Shown here piece by piece: positions 24,602 to 37,924 of a stretch of 64,000 bases of DNA. The stretch is taken from contig CM052817.1 of the NCBI GenBank assembly GCA_028534125.1, positions 24,306,001-24,370,000 of the forward strand, given 5' to 3'. How positions within the stretch are numbered: the first letter of the stretch is position 1; every line of letters begins with the position of its first letter. A program made the translations under genes and the position numbers. The notes under the pieces are model-generated. The model was not told the origin of the DNA. It saw nothing but the letters and a program-made list of their open reading frames with translations, and did not search any database. The DNA comes from Lama glama. Taxonomy: Eukaryota.

Positions 24602-25077
24602 TGTTAAAACTCACCAATCAACTGATACCAGCAAAACATCTGTAATCACACAAATATATGAAATTGTTTTGTTTAGTCTGCTATAGCAAGGGAGAAGACC
24701 CCCAGGGGACCATAAGGACCATCTTAGTAAAGGGAAGCTGGGAGAGGCTTCTTACAGGGTTTGGGCTAGTGCTAGACAATTCTGAAGATAGATTAGGGAG
24801 ATGGGTTGGATGCTATCAAGAAGCAGAAACAATTCAGTGATGGAGTATCGCAATGACTTTTTTCCAGAAGCTAGATAGTTTAAACAAGGGTTATACTGTC
24901 AATGGAAGGAAGCAGAGACCATTGAAAAAGGAAACAATAGTCATTTTATGATTTCAGGAGAGCCTTGTCTGTATTTGGATAGAAAGTTTCCTCTGGCCTT
25001 GTCTACATCCAATGAAAGGGTGCTTGGTTTAGGTTAGGACCATCACTGATTGTAAGCAGGGTCATTTTATGTCCTCA
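24602..25077 (-). mobile_element. ERV1-like solo LTR (family not assigned)
   Basis: 476 bp, TG...CA termini, flanked by catc/tatc (4-bp TSD, 1 mismatch). Confidence 0.6.
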
Positions 25078-25405
25078 TATCCAAAGGGAATTTTTTTTTT
25101 CAGTTTTTACTCCCAAAGATACCTGTGTTTCTCCCCAGTCCCTGGTTTGTTTCCATCTTATAAGTGCTGGAAATTGTTAAAGGGACTATAACTTGATCTT
25201 CAGTGATTGCTAGAAAGCTCAGAGGTTGATTTCCTACCCCAACTCTGTCAAGTTCATGAGACAGAACAACTTTAGCATTAGCACACGTATCTTACACCAG
25301 TGTAACCACTAGCTTCATCTTATTTTTCCTACTCTACCCAGTTTTCTGGCTTCTATTTTTTTTAATATACATTGAAAATCATGTCAACTATTTTTGGGGT
25401 GGAGG

Positions 25406-25899
25406 TGATACCCTCCCTAGTAGGCCCCCAACAAATGTCCTTCTGCCTTGTGTTGTTTGAGCCAACAGAATGAGACCAGGTTTGGTCCAGAAGCAGAGGA
25501 AAGCTTTATTCTTTGATCAAAGAATGGAGAGGTGCTAGCTCGTGTCCTAGAGTCTACACTCTCCCTGACAGGTGGTTAGTGGGGCTGCTTTATGGAGTTC
25601 TCATCAATAGGGAGGGGGGCGGAGTTCTCAGGGGTAGGGCACAGCTGGAACTCACACTCTAGATTACAGTGCAGGACACAGCATCTCTGCACACTGCCCA
25701 GAGGCGATGTGTCGGCGCCGCCATTTCACACCGGGAACTCTGTTCTGAGGCACTGGGGGCAAGGCCTCTGCAAACAGTACCCTATGAGCAAGTGACAGTA
25801 GACTAAGCACAAAAGAAAGGGGAAAAAAAGGTTAGATTTATTATATTACCCAGGTTCTATTTTTATTTCCTGAGAATTGTTAATGGGCTTTGCTGGACA
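25406..25899 (-). mobile_element. Relatively young ERV solo LTR
   Basis: 494 bp, TG...CA, flanks gagg/aagg. Minus-strand AATAAA at 25505-25510, TATA-like element at 25589-25593, GC box at 25616-25624; CpGs retained. Confidence 0.75.
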
Positions 25900-26029
25900 A
25901 AGGCAGGGAATAAATGAAAAATAACTTTCAAGCTTGGCTGGTCTTTAGTTTATTAACTCAGAGTTGTGGCAGGAAGGATACAGGAAGCAGCTATGGATAT
26001 AGATGGGGTCAATGAAGAATGCTGCAAAA

Positions 26030-26235
26030 CAGGAGCCAACATCCAGGACTATACCTGGTTCTAGTCTAGACTCCATCATGAACTGGCCTTGTGACCCACA
26101 GAGTCATTGAACTTTGTCAAGCATTATTTTCCTTAACTTTAAAGTAGAGATTATAATAGCAATACAATTAGGATAAAATTAGAAAAGTCATCTGAAAGAC
26201 TTCTGTTAATTTTACACAACACTGTATGAATATTT
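26030..26235 (+). mobile_element. MIR SINE
   Basis: 'cctggttctagtctagactccatca...tgtgacccacagagtcattgaact...ttttcctta...taaagtagagattataatag'. Confidence 0.65.
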
Positions 26236-28544
26236 TATTAATAATTTATTGCCAAATGCTTTGTGCACAGAAGGCATATTGCTCAAATTTATATTTACTT
26301 TTTAAAAATATTTTCATTATTAACAAGTTTAAAACCAATGTAATGATAATATACAAAAATAGAAAAAGAATAGGCTTCTCAATTTTCCAAATATAGTAAT
26401 ACCCAGGGGTTCTTAGCATAAAGTAAAGGCAATTAAGTTTTATGATGGCCTTAAAAATAGTAAAAAAAAAAAAAAGGAGTAAGAAAATGTACCTTTTGTG
26501 AAGGTGACTATAATAAAATCCATCATATTTCCTTCATTTTAGAATGTAAGAATCACAGTTATGAAGCAATTATGTAAAATCTCCCAAGCTCATAAATGCC
26601 AATGTAACAAGCCTTAATTCAGATTCTAAATCACTCAATTATATGGTAATTTAGCTATTCTCTTTAAAACAAGTTTACACTATTCTACTCATTTCTTGAC
26701 ATTTGAACATGTGGAGTATAATTTCCTTGATAAAAAGGACTGCTGCTAGATTGTGTATATGATCCTCATGAGAAAGCAAGCAGAACAACATAGAACACTA
26801 TGGCCAACAGAGCACAGAAGTACCTATGAAGTAATTAAATATACTTCCAGCATATAGACCTGGGTTATATGTTAAGTATTGTCTTTTAGAAAGAGTCACT
26901 TGAGACATACTGTGTTCATTTCTATACTACCATCATTGGTCAAAATTTACATGCAGTTCACTTTTGGTAATTACTTTCAGAGATGGTTTAAAAGTGAAAT
27001 ATGATAATCATTTTTATTTCAAACTCTCATTTCCATATCAGCCCCACATAGAGGTCTTTCCCAACAGTCACCTGTTTTCAATTAAAATTGCTTTGAATGA
27101 ATGATCATTGGTTGTTCGTAAATACCAGACCCTCCTTTGAGATATTAAGCTTTTTCATTATTAACATGCAGAACTAGGCTCTGAAACGCTCTGTGGTTAA
27201 GTTCGACATGTTTCATCCTGTGGCAGTATCCTTAGGAAAGGGAGGGCTATCCCACATGAGGCAGTACTCACCGGGCGGTGAACGCGCTCCTCTGGTTGGT
27301 CAACAGTTATCTTGCTTTAGCGTATATTGTATACATACAGTGTATACATAAAATGAATGTAAAGCATTTGCAAAGATACCAGATATTTTCTATTCTTTGA
27401 TCAAGAATTCAACCCATTTTATTGTCACTTTTTTTTCACTGTGAGCTAACATTAAAATATTAAATATGTTAAGTTTGCGGAAGTCCATATTCCAAAAAAC
27501 TAATATTCAACAGAAGCAGAGTGAATTGAGACAGTAGAAAATTGCTTCCGTTCCCTTTCTCTGTTAAGCCAAGAGACTGCAGACCTACCTAGAGGATTTC
27601 ATTTCTTCCCAGTTAATAACTTTAGAAGGTGATTTAGGCTACTTTTTGAGTCCATGTTTATATCTCTGTCCAGCCAGCTTCAGCCTCTGTGAGCAAGGTA
27701 AAGATAAGGAAAGGGCAAGATTGTTTCACCAATCTGGCACATAAAGTTGGGGTCATTGAGATTGTATGATGTCGATGTGGGATAGTTTGGAGTTGGGTAT
27801 GTCCTATGTAGTTGTAAAGCAGAGGATGAAATAGGAACTGCAGGCAAGATAAATTCCAGAAATCTCTTTTTGGGCTCATTGTTAATAGGTATTGTCATGG
27901 TGATGGAAAGAGGAGGAATTGGAATGAGACTCTAGAAGATAATAAAGTGATGGGTTTTATGAAATTTTTGTGAGGTTTTTCCCCGTCTGAGTCAGGCCTT
28001 GTCGGGGACCTTGCCAGATTCTCTTGGTACTGTGAATGCCAGATGATTAGTAAAATCTTCACAGTGCCTACAAGCCACACCAGCATCCATCCTCCTAAAA
28101 GAAACACTGGCTTCTACAGGTTCAAGAATAGTAGGTTCCTGGATCCTGGTGCCACTGGCACATTTGATGGCTAAGGCCATTTTGGGTATTTGCCTATAGA
28201 TATGTGCCTTGTGAGCAAGATTGTTGTTTTCACTTTATCTTCTACAATATGCTGAGTGAATATGAAAGTAACTTTTAAAATTTGAGCCCAGAGTATTACT
28301 TAACTAGGTTTATCAAAACATAATTGGAAAAAGAAAAAATATATGTATACATGCCTGTTTCACCTGTCTGCCAAAAAGAGACTAAGGCTTTCTGGCAGTG
28401 TGGGTCTTTGTTGTCATTGTTCTCTTCCTTTGTTTTGCTTTTGTTGCTAATTTCAATTCAAACGTCAAACAAGGTACGCTCTAGGGAATCTATGGGGAAA
28501 TAAAAACTGTAACACACCAACAACCCAGCTCAGTCCGCCTCCAC

Positions 28545-29270
28545 CCTGTTACAGTGATGTGTCTTAAAGACAGATCTGATCTTACACCCCAGCTCTACCA
28601 CTTGATCCTGTTTACCAGTCCAGAGTCCTTACTTAGCACAACATACATGTCTTGTCACTGTGACTACTGCTGACTGCTCTATCTGCATCTCTTGCCTCTT
28701 TCCTGTACACAGTCTATGTTCTCACAATATGAACTATTGATTCCCTGCATTTAAATACTACTTAACACTTCCTTGCTCCCAATACTTCCTTTGCCCAGAA
28801 TCCTTTTTGTGGTTATCTTTTTTACCCCAATAATATTATTTGTCTTCCCCACTTCTGATTCATAAATTACCTTTCCTGGGAAATCTCTGACTGACTTAGG
28901 CCCTATCCTATTAGGATAGCTGTCCCTTCTGCTGACATCTATTGTTTGCTGACTAGCACCCATTATGCATGCTCCATTCTGAAAATAGTATCGTGAATGT
29001 CCTTAAAGACGTGTCTCATACCTCAAGTCTCAAGTTTGCCTGGGACTGAAGGGTTGCTAGAGGTGGGACTTTCAGTGTTAAAACCAGGATGGCTGGTCAC
29101 CATACCAGTGCAGGACTTGACCCCCTATCCAATCACTTTTTTAAATCTGCCTGTTTCCCCCATTAAACTCTTAGTTCTTAAAAGCACTGTTTTGTCTCTG
29201 GTAGCATATAGTGCTTTTCTTGATGCTTAATACATATACAGTGAATGAATTTCCATTTTCAAAGGGTTTG
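28545..29270 (+). mobile_element. L2 3' fragments
   Basis: 'cttaaagacagatctgatc', 'cataaattacctttcctgggaaatctctgactg' and a tail '...gtgaatgaat'. Confidence 0.55.
29020..29103 (+). mobile_element. MER81-like (hAT-Blackjack) MITE fragment
   Basis: 'agtttgcctgggactgaagggttgctagaggtgggactttcagtgttaaaaccaggatggctggtcacc'. Confidence 0.7.
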
Positions 29271-29359
29271 TACTAGAGAAAGTGATAATAAGCTCTTGAG
29301 GTCTGAGCACACATCCATTGTATGTGTTGTTTCCTTGCTGTTAATAGCAGCACTGTTAA

Positions 29360-29600
29360 TAAGAGGTTAAAAAAATCTGGAAACAAACCAAATAGCCATT
29401 GACCAGAGAATGCATAAGCATTTTGTAAATAGATAAATGTACTGTGGTAAATATAATCACACAGTGTAATAGTATACCAAAGCAGGAATTAATGGACACA
29501 ACAATGCACACAACAAATAGGTGAATCTTAGAATTACAATTTTTATTATATTTGTTACATGCAAAGAATAAATATGAAATATATACCAAATATATTTTAA
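29360..29600 (+). mobile_element. Old L1 (L1ME-like) 3' fragment
   Basis: 'aaaatctggaaacaaaccaaatagccattgaccagagaatgcataa...tgtggtaaatata'. Confidence 0.6.
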
Positions 29601-29704
29601 CATATGCTGAAGGGGAAAGGAAAAAATGCTTCTATTTTATCAACCAGTCAATGGTAGGAGAATTATTATTTTCACCACCAATACTGCTATTACTACCATT
29701 ACTC

Positions 29705-29935
29705 TTATGCATAACTTGCTATTGAACATTCATTCCATGCTACATGCTATGATAAGCACTTTGCATACACTATCTCATTTAATTTTCTTTTCTCAAAAAC
29801 TCTATGCACTTTGCAGATGAAGAAACCAAGATACAGAGATAGTAACTGTCTTACCCAAGAGCACACAGGGAGTTAGTGCTGGAGCCAGGTTTCAATCCTG
29901 GTTCTACCTGGCTCCAAAGCCCATGTTTCTTCAGT
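29705..29935 (-). mobile_element. MIR SINE
   Basis: 'cactttgcagatgaagaaaccaagatacagagat...cccaagagcacacag...ggagccaggtttcaatcc'. Confidence 0.8.
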
Positions 29936-29993
29936 GGACTATATTGATAGTCCATCCAACGATCAGAGTTATTAATAGCCATTAATATGAATG

Positions 29994-30547
29994 TGTAGTG
30001 GATAGACTTTAGGGTGGTCCTTCATGATTCTTACTTCCTGAAGTTCATACCTGTGTATAAATTCCCTACTCTTGAATGTGGGCAGGATCTGTACCTTAGC
30101 AATAGAATATAACAAAGGTGATATATGCTATTTCTATGATTAGATTACATTATATAGGATTCCAATCCACTAGAAGAGTTGCTCTAGAGACTTTCTTTCT
30201 TTTTTTCATCAAGAGGAGGTTCCCATGTACCCTCTTGATGCTAAGACTAGCCTTCAGCTGACTGCCAGCTAGAAGCCAGGGGTCTCAGTCCTTTAGCCCT
30301 ATGGAAATAAATTCGCCAAAACCAAGTGAGTTTGAAATAGGATTCTTCCCTAGTTGAGCTTCCTCATGAGAACCCAACCCAGTCAACAGCTTGATTAGAC
30401 CCTGGTAAGCCTGGTAAGACCTTAAGCATAGGTCCAGTCTGAACTGTGCCTAGATTCTTGCTCCAAAAAACCATTAGACAATAAATGTGTCTTCTCAACA
30501 TCTCTGCTTGTGCTAATTTTGCTACACAGTAATAGAAAACTAATACA
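29994..30547 (+). mobile_element. MLT1 (MLT1E-like) solo LTR
   Basis: Starts tgtagtgg and ends 'aattttgctacacagtaatagaaaactaataca', the canonical MLT1 terminus. Confidence 0.85.
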
Positions 30548-31844
30548 CTATTCCTCTTTAATTGTCTGGTTCCTTGGAGACAAATTATGCTGCTCATTGC
30601 TGAACATTTATTCTATAAGTTTATACAAAGCCTGACATAGTTTAGAACTGGACTATCTGACTGATTTTTCAGTTTTTCTAATTATATCTAAAAATAATTA
30701 TTAATCTTATAAAATGTCTGAAAGTATACAAAACATGATTAAGAAATCAAAATATCACCTTTCTAACTGATGCCCATCTTGAAACTCAGTTGTATTTTGA
30801 CTATGCACAGTATTATAGATACCTGAAATGTCATAGTCACACTGGAAGAGAGGCATCCATTGGTCTTCATTAGAAAACACAGCTGTGTTAAACCCTTCTT
30901 TCTTCAAAAGCCAAAACCTATGCATTCCTACTTGAATAGCTTTTAAAGGTTAATTAAAGGCAGTGAGTGATAAAAATTTATAAGCTTCTGCTTATAATTT
31001 TTTAATGGTAGCATTTCCGACCTTTTGATTGTGATCCCATGGTGTGCCATCCAGACCCCAACTGTTCACCACTCCCATCAACTTAAAGAACTTAACAGAC
31101 CAGAGTATCTTTTTCTAGGACAGATTTTCTCAAGATTAGCTATGGTGAGCACAGCATCCTCGAGCTATTAGTAGGTTTTTCTGATGTCAATGGGATAATC
31201 TCCTTTTGGAGATTCAGTCAACTTTAGCTTTTCATAAACACCTTAAAGTTCCACAGCTAAGAAAAATAGTTTTTTTTTTTTAAAGCAGCATCGCTCATAT
31301 GTATTTGTCCTCAGTAGCTTTTTTCTATTCTCTAAACATCTTTCTGAAAAATTCTCTCTGCAGAAAGAGTATGTGAAAAGAATAACCATTAATTTGTAAT
31401 CTCTCTTCAAGGCAATACTTCCAGTAACCTTGGTAGTTGAAATGTGAAGCATCAAATTGATTAAATAACAAAATAATGTCAGACAAATGAAACTAAATGT
31501 TCACATGAAATAATTCCATAATGAAACATTGTTACAGATTAAATAGTGATGTGTGACCAAGATTAATCCAGACAGAAACTTGGACATATTGATATTGTTT
31601 AATTAATTAATGTTGTTCCACTCAGCTTTTTATGCCTTAACTTAAAACCAAGAAAGAATTAGATCAACATTAGGAAGAAGCAATAAATATATACCAATAT
31701 ATTTATATTGGCAACTTGAATATTTAATGGAATATCAGTAAAATGATAATCCTTTGAATTTTGAATAGAGTTAAATTGCCTCCTGTCTTCAATTTTTATT
31801 TGCACTCATTAGCACTAATAATGGAGGGATATATTCCCAAACAC

Positions 31845-32272
31845 TAATCCAGCTACTGTGGTCTCTTTGCAATTTCATAAATATACCAAGCATCTCCCAG
31901 CTTAGCACTTACTGTTCCTTCTGACTGAAGATCCCTTCCTCCAGATGGCCAAATGTGTTGCTTCCTCACTTTATTTACCCAAATGTCACATTATCAGAGA
32001 GCTCTTCCCTGGCTACCTTCTATAAAAAGAACACACCACCTGCCTCACTTCTAATATACTCATTAATTTACTCTTCTGTATTTTTCTTAATAAAACTTAA
32101 CAGTACTTGACAGAATGCATATCTGTTTATTTGCTTATTGACTGCCCAACTAAAGTATGGGCTTCCTGACACTGAACACTTCGTTCTGTTGTAGTCATTG
32201 TGGATCCCAACATCTAGAATAGCACATAATTCTCAGGAAGCATTAAATAAATAATACATGAATTAATGAAAT
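31845..32272 (+). mobile_element. L2 3' end
   Basis: 'cccaaatgtcacattatcagagagctcttccctg...cccaacatctagaatagcac...aataaataatacatgaattaatgaa'. Confidence 0.75.
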
Positions 32273-32314
32273 AACAGATGCTCATCCTTCAGTGAAGAAC
32301 TTTAAGCAGTTGTT

Positions 32315-32980
32315 GAAGGCAAATTTAACATATGAGGATAAATGTAATTCACCATACTAAAAGACTACTAAAAAAATCATGTATGATCATCTCAATAGAT
32401 GCAAAAAAAGCATTTGCTAAAATCCAACTTCCATTCCTAACAAAAACTCTGTGCAAACTAGGAATAGAAAGGAACTTTCTCAACCTGATCCTTGTATCTA
32501 CAAAAAACCTACGACTACTATATGTAATGGGAAAAGACTAGATGCTTTCTTCTAAGGTTGGGAGTGAGGCAAGGATGTCCATTGCTAACACGTATTGAAC
32601 ACTGCACATTGTCTAGTCAGGTCAGTAAGGCCAAAAAAATGAATAAAGGGCATCCAATTTGGGAAAAGAGCAAGTAAAACAGCCTTTATTCACAGATGAC
32701 ATGATTGTCTATATAAAGCATTCTATGAAATTCATTAAAATATTGCTAGAACTAATATGTGAGTTTAGCAAAACTTCAGAGTAAAACAATTAAACATGCA
32801 AAATTAACTGTATTTCTATAAACTAGCAATGAATAATTGGAAACCTTCAAGAGTAATGATTACATGCATTATTTTCATCGTGGAAGTGGTTTCATAAGTA
32901 TGTGACATATGCCAAAACTTATCAAATTGTACACTTAAAATATTATAGTTTATTGTATATCTATTATAAAGCTACTAAAA
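32315..32980 (+). mobile_element. Old LINE-1 ORF2 reverse-transcriptase fragment joined to a short 3' end
   Basis: Translation INVIHH...MIISIDAKKAFAKIQLPF; 'ggagtgaggcaaggatgtcc' (GxRQGCP) and 'ttattcacagatgacatg' (LFxDD motif). Confidence 0.9.
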
Positions 32981-33669
32981 GAGAAAGAGAGAGCAAATTT
33001 GAGCAGTTAGGAGAAAGAATAAAATTTCCTTCTACTTTCCTCTACCAAGTTGACCTGATTCAATAAGCTGGTTATGTTTGTGTGGGATAGAATGAGAATA
33101 TATATAAATTAGCACATGCCTCCTTTTTCTTACTTCCTTGGCTGATTTACAGTCATACCTCTTTCCTGTAAACAATTCTCAGCCTGAAATAGTTTATGGT
33201 TTTAGGGTTTCTTAACCTTAACTGTCTTTTCCCCAAAGAAAATCATTTGTAAATTTGTTTAGATTATTAAAAGTGACCTCAAAGGAGAGGTACCTGGCAA
33301 TGTCAATCATGGTTCCTGTTTCTAGGCAACTAGTCCCTGAATTCAAGGAACAGAGGTAGATGTTTTCAGCTTTAAGTTTATCTTAATCATTTAACCATTC
33401 ACAGAGTTTATTTATAGTGCTGTTGTTTCCAACATATATTTCACAATGGATAAAACTCCAATTATGCTTTCTATAATGATCTTTAAGTGCTAACGAGCAA
33501 TGATACTCAAACCAGTATATCAAGATCCTCATTTTCAACAGCCTTCTAAGCATATGCACTTAGATAATGTCTTCTAAAATTGCAGATGCTTAAAAAATAG
33601 TTATCATATTCCCCCTCCAAAATTTTGTTCCTCTGATTTCATCCTTTTTGAGTGATTAATTACAAAGGC

Positions 33670-33930
33670 AGAAGCATATACCAGGTGTATAAAAAAAGAG
33701 AAATAATCAAATTATTTTCAGGGCATCAAAGAGACCTTTGGTGAATATATTTGGACTTCGTCTTGAAGGAAGAGGAAGAGTTCTCCAGGTAGACAGGAAG
33801 ATGCATCCAAAAAGAGAGAGAACCAATGCCTGAAATAGCAGCAGTGGCATGGTGCCTTGGGGAGCTGCAAGGAATTCAGCATGGCTATTGCATAGTGTAG
33901 GGTGTGTATGCAGGAAGACGGCACAGAATC
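33670..33930 (-). mobile_element. L2 fragment
   Basis: 'catcaaagagacctttggtg...tttggacttcgtcttgaagga...gcatggtgccttggggagctgcaagg'. Confidence 0.55.
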
Positions 33931-34004
33931 ATGGGGAGGGATAGTGGTATATTTTTGTAATCTACTTAAAACTAATTCAGTAAAGATAGTGGGGTATATA
34001 TGTG

Positions 34005-34700
34005 TGAGGAAAGCACCCTGTGATGCAGTTGCTACAGAGGCTTTATTCTGTCCCACAGGGAGCTCTGGGTCTTGGGATGGCACTTCAGGGTTTTGTTAAT
34101 TGAAGCAAGCAGCCTGGGCCAGGCATTTGTACTGCCCACATGGAGTGGTCATTGTATGCCAGAAACCTCTAGGAGACAGGTTGGGTCTTTTGTTATGTGG
34201 TACTATTGCACTTTGTTGCAGCTTTGTTTCTCCAGGAAATAAACCCTGAAATGAGTGTTGAGTGCAGATTGATTTCTCCAAAAGGCAGACACTGAGACCT
34301 AGTTAGGAGTGCACAAAGTTCACTAGGGAGTGACACCTGTGGGAGAAAAGAGGTGGAAGCCAGCTTGAGCAGGGGATGTCCACAGATCATCATGCAGACC
34401 TGACTTTGTCTTGGCCAACCCAGCAGGGAGTTCTAGAGTGAATATAAAGACTCATTCATTACAGGAGTCCCACAGTGGCTGGAAGTGGCCATTATACCAC
34501 CACCTTGCTCAGTCATTGTCCCAGAGCCACTATGAGAGAGTATGACCTTGGTCCAGAAACTAAAAGAGCAAGAGCAAACTAAATGAGTCGACAACTGGAG
34601 GCTATCAGCAAACCACACTCCTTGCAGCTGGATAGCATGTGCTTTCTTAAAGAAAGATCCTAGCCACACACCTCCTAGTCTGCTGCATCTTTCTATAGAC
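34005..34700 (-). mobile_element. LTR33-like ERVL LTR fragments (probably two elements)
   Basis: 'tgtgatgcagttgctacagaggc...cccacagggagctctgg' and 'gcagacactgagacctag...gggagtgacacctgtggg...cccagcagggagttctagag' resemble recalled LTR33-family reverse complements. Confidence 0.6.
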
Positions 34701-37446
34701 ATTTACCATATGCCTCATCATCTTCTAAGATCCATGGTTTGGTTTGGAGCCTCACCCTTTTGTGTCATCTCTATGTCTGGTGCATGGGGGCATATAGAAA
34801 CATCTGTTACTTGAAGTTTCTTCCAGGACTCGTATTCAATTCTTCTGTTTAGGTTTCCTGAGATATTGCTAATGCAGATGCCAAATGAACGTATAATGAA
34901 GTCTGAAGTCACCATTTTAGGTCTCCAAATACTGCACCTACCAGTACCTTTGAACTGCTGACTAGAACCAACTTTTATGTCTCTGATTCTTGCTAACAGA
35001 GAGAAATGATTGCCTCCATATTAATCTTGGGGTTTTCAAATACATGCTTGTTTTTAGATACTATTAAGTAGCTTTTAGGTTTCAAATTATGTTTAATTTA
35101 TCTTTTCCATTATGATAAAAAGAAATATTGTAAGGAAATCAGTCTCAAAATTTTCATCTTTTACAGTTCAGTTCCATTAAAAAAGAAGATAACTACATCG
35201 CTGAGAAGGAAAAGAAGCCCAGTATGGATTCTGCACAATTTCATGGAGTACTTCTTTTGTGGAGTAACCTAGGCACTGCAGGAACATGTTGTAGACCACA
35301 TTTCTGCTCTTAGGAACCCAGCCCCATGAGGAATACAGGCATGTGAACCAATCATCATAATTTAAGGTAAGCTGTTGTAATAGCAGTCTGAACAACGTGT
35401 TATGGGAATGGAGAAAAAGAAGAATTCAACTGGATCTGGGGAGTGCTGCAGTATTTCAGAACAGACAAATAAATCACAGAGATTGGCAGAAAGGATGTTT
35501 TGAATCAGAGGCAACAGATAGAAAGTATGAAGCCATTTAGCAACCTGTTCTGAAAGGACAAAGGGTAATTAAACATGCAACAAGCATACTTTATTGCAGA
35601 AAGCCATAGGTAGCACAGTGTACCTTTCTTTAATTCCTATTTTTCAGCTGCCTGATGTCTCAGAAATCATTTAGGAGGTAAGACCACTGGTCTGTGGCAC
35701 AGTGGGAATAATAGGCCTGTTCATGGTTGTAAGATCTCTATTATTACCTGATGATAGTATTAATGAATCATGCCTAATCTAATTGCTGAAAATAATGCTG
35801 CAAATCAAAAAACATATTAAGCACCAGAGAAAAATTGAAAGCCCAAGATCCAGGGATGTGAGGTCAGGGGAGCTTAGACAATAAGCTCTAATTAGGAGAC
35901 CATTAGGTAAGCTTCTGGTGAACAGTGACGGTTATGAAAGCCCACCAGCTTCCTGAAATTAGCTCAGTTCTAATAATCTAATAATTTCTGGGGAAAAAAA
36001 TAAAATAATTTAATTTTACTGATGATTTTTTTAAGAGAATTTTCCCTGAATCACTGTCCTTAACTACCTTGAAGCAGTTCCAACCTTAAGCTTCAATCTC
36101 CAGGGTGTGAGATGGAAAAGAGAAGTAACTTACTCCAAGGTGCTACCAGGAAGCAAAATGGCACATGTAAAATACAAGCCATTTGATGACTCTCTGAATT
36201 TCCAAGTACTTCATCACTATATACAGTCATAAAGTTGTGTTCTTATTGCTCACGAGAAACTATTAAAAGTCTCGGAAAGTAGGTTTATATAAGTCTAACT
36301 CCAAAATGAAATATATTTTCTGTTAAAATTGAACCAGTAATAACAAAAATTAATCAACAATTAGGTTTTTCCTTCTATTAGACCTAAAGATTATGAAAAT
36401 ACTATTTGATCAATTGTATTACTAAAATTTATAACTGACAGAAGCAAATTCTGAATTTATATAGAAAAAGCTTCAAGGGAATGATGTAACTTTTCTGCTG
36501 TAAGAAGGTGATTTAAGCCTTTGGATGGATTACAGAAGGTTTAAGATGTTGCCCTTGTGGTAATTCAGTGTTTTAACTTAAAGGCCATGTGAATATCAAT
36601 TTTTCCTTGTGAAACAAGTTACTGGCCAACCAAAACTTCTATTACTTCTACATTTCCTGAAGGACTCTTCCATTCCGAAATTGAGTAGATGAATTGCAGC
36701 CTCATAAAAGTACTGCAGAAGTGTGACAGTCTCATTGGAGACACAATTTACCAAAGAAACAGGTATTTGGATGGTGACTCAACTCAATAGATCATTCAGA
36801 GAGTGAAAGGAAAGAGACATTGAAAACGATACATCTCAGTGTCAAATAGGAAAAGCAGTCAATTGTCAATGACTTGCAGAATAGTAGAATTTCAAGAACT
36901 AAATGACAGACTATCTGATTTTAGAAAGAAAATATAAATTTCATGTTGCCCAAAAAGCTAGTTGAAAACTTAATATTTTCTGGTTTTGATTTTTTTGTGT
37001 TTATCAGCTTGTTTCACTGAGTTGAATGTATTAACGAGCATTTAAGGTTATGCTTTTTAATTCACTTAAAGTTATAGTCTTCTAGGAAGGAAAGTCACCA
37101 ACAGTAGCTAATATACATTACGACTGAGTAAATAATACAGTTGTGTCAGATTTATGACAAATTTAATTTATTAGCAAAAATGTGTGCCCATCGTGCAATA
37201 TAATACTAATCTTTGTATCCCCAGTGCCTGATAACCATGCTTAGTATGCAGTGAATATTTGAGCAAACACAAGTGAGCACTCAGGGCTCACAGACAGCTG
37301 GTCAATGTTATCATCAGATCCCAGGATGTGACTATGACCTGTATGGGAGCAAGGTTTGAACACTATTATACCATTGTTTTGTGCCAGTCTTAGCCTGTCA
37401 ATAACCAGTGATGTGGCTGCATGAGCCTTTGTGGTTCTTATATTAT

Positions 37447-37915
37447 TGCCAGACACTCTTCAGAAATAATCATCGGGGAACTTTGAAAAAATAAACATGT
37501 ATTACTTGCAGACCTAGAAATTCCACAGCTCACCTGGGGCCGTATAGGAGGAGATAGAAAGAGAGAGAGCACTATGGGCCTAGGGTTCTGCTTTTTATAA
37601 GGGTTGAGGGTAGGGCTCCCTCCTTCTTGGTGAATTTAAAAGGTAGAAGCAGGCATTTAAATCTTAGGAAGAGAAAAAAATAAATGGCCCAAATGGCCAA
37701 TTTTTGAAATCAACCAAGATCTCTAAAACAAAGGAGCCTCAGTGAGGAATGGCAGCCTATTTATCTAGTCCTGTGGCCTGCAATGAGTTTATTCGAGATA
37801 GCCATCACTGAATTGGATGCCTCTTTAAAGTCAATGCCTTCAAGTGGATGTCAAAGTTTAAGTTGGCACTTGCACTACAAAAAAAAAAAAAAAAGCTATC
37901 AATGCTTATACTACA
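37447..37915 (-). mobile_element. ERV-like solo LTR (family not assigned)
   Basis: Minus-strand TATA ('tttttataag', about 37592-37600), purine tract and TG/CA-like ends. Confidence 0.5.
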
Positions 37916-37924
37916 GCCATACAC

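Noticed and set aside
24602..25899. Two nearby same-strand LTRs as a possible deleted provirus
   Set aside because: The LTRs are not similar to each other, each has its own TSD-like flanks, and no PBS or PPT is evident between them.
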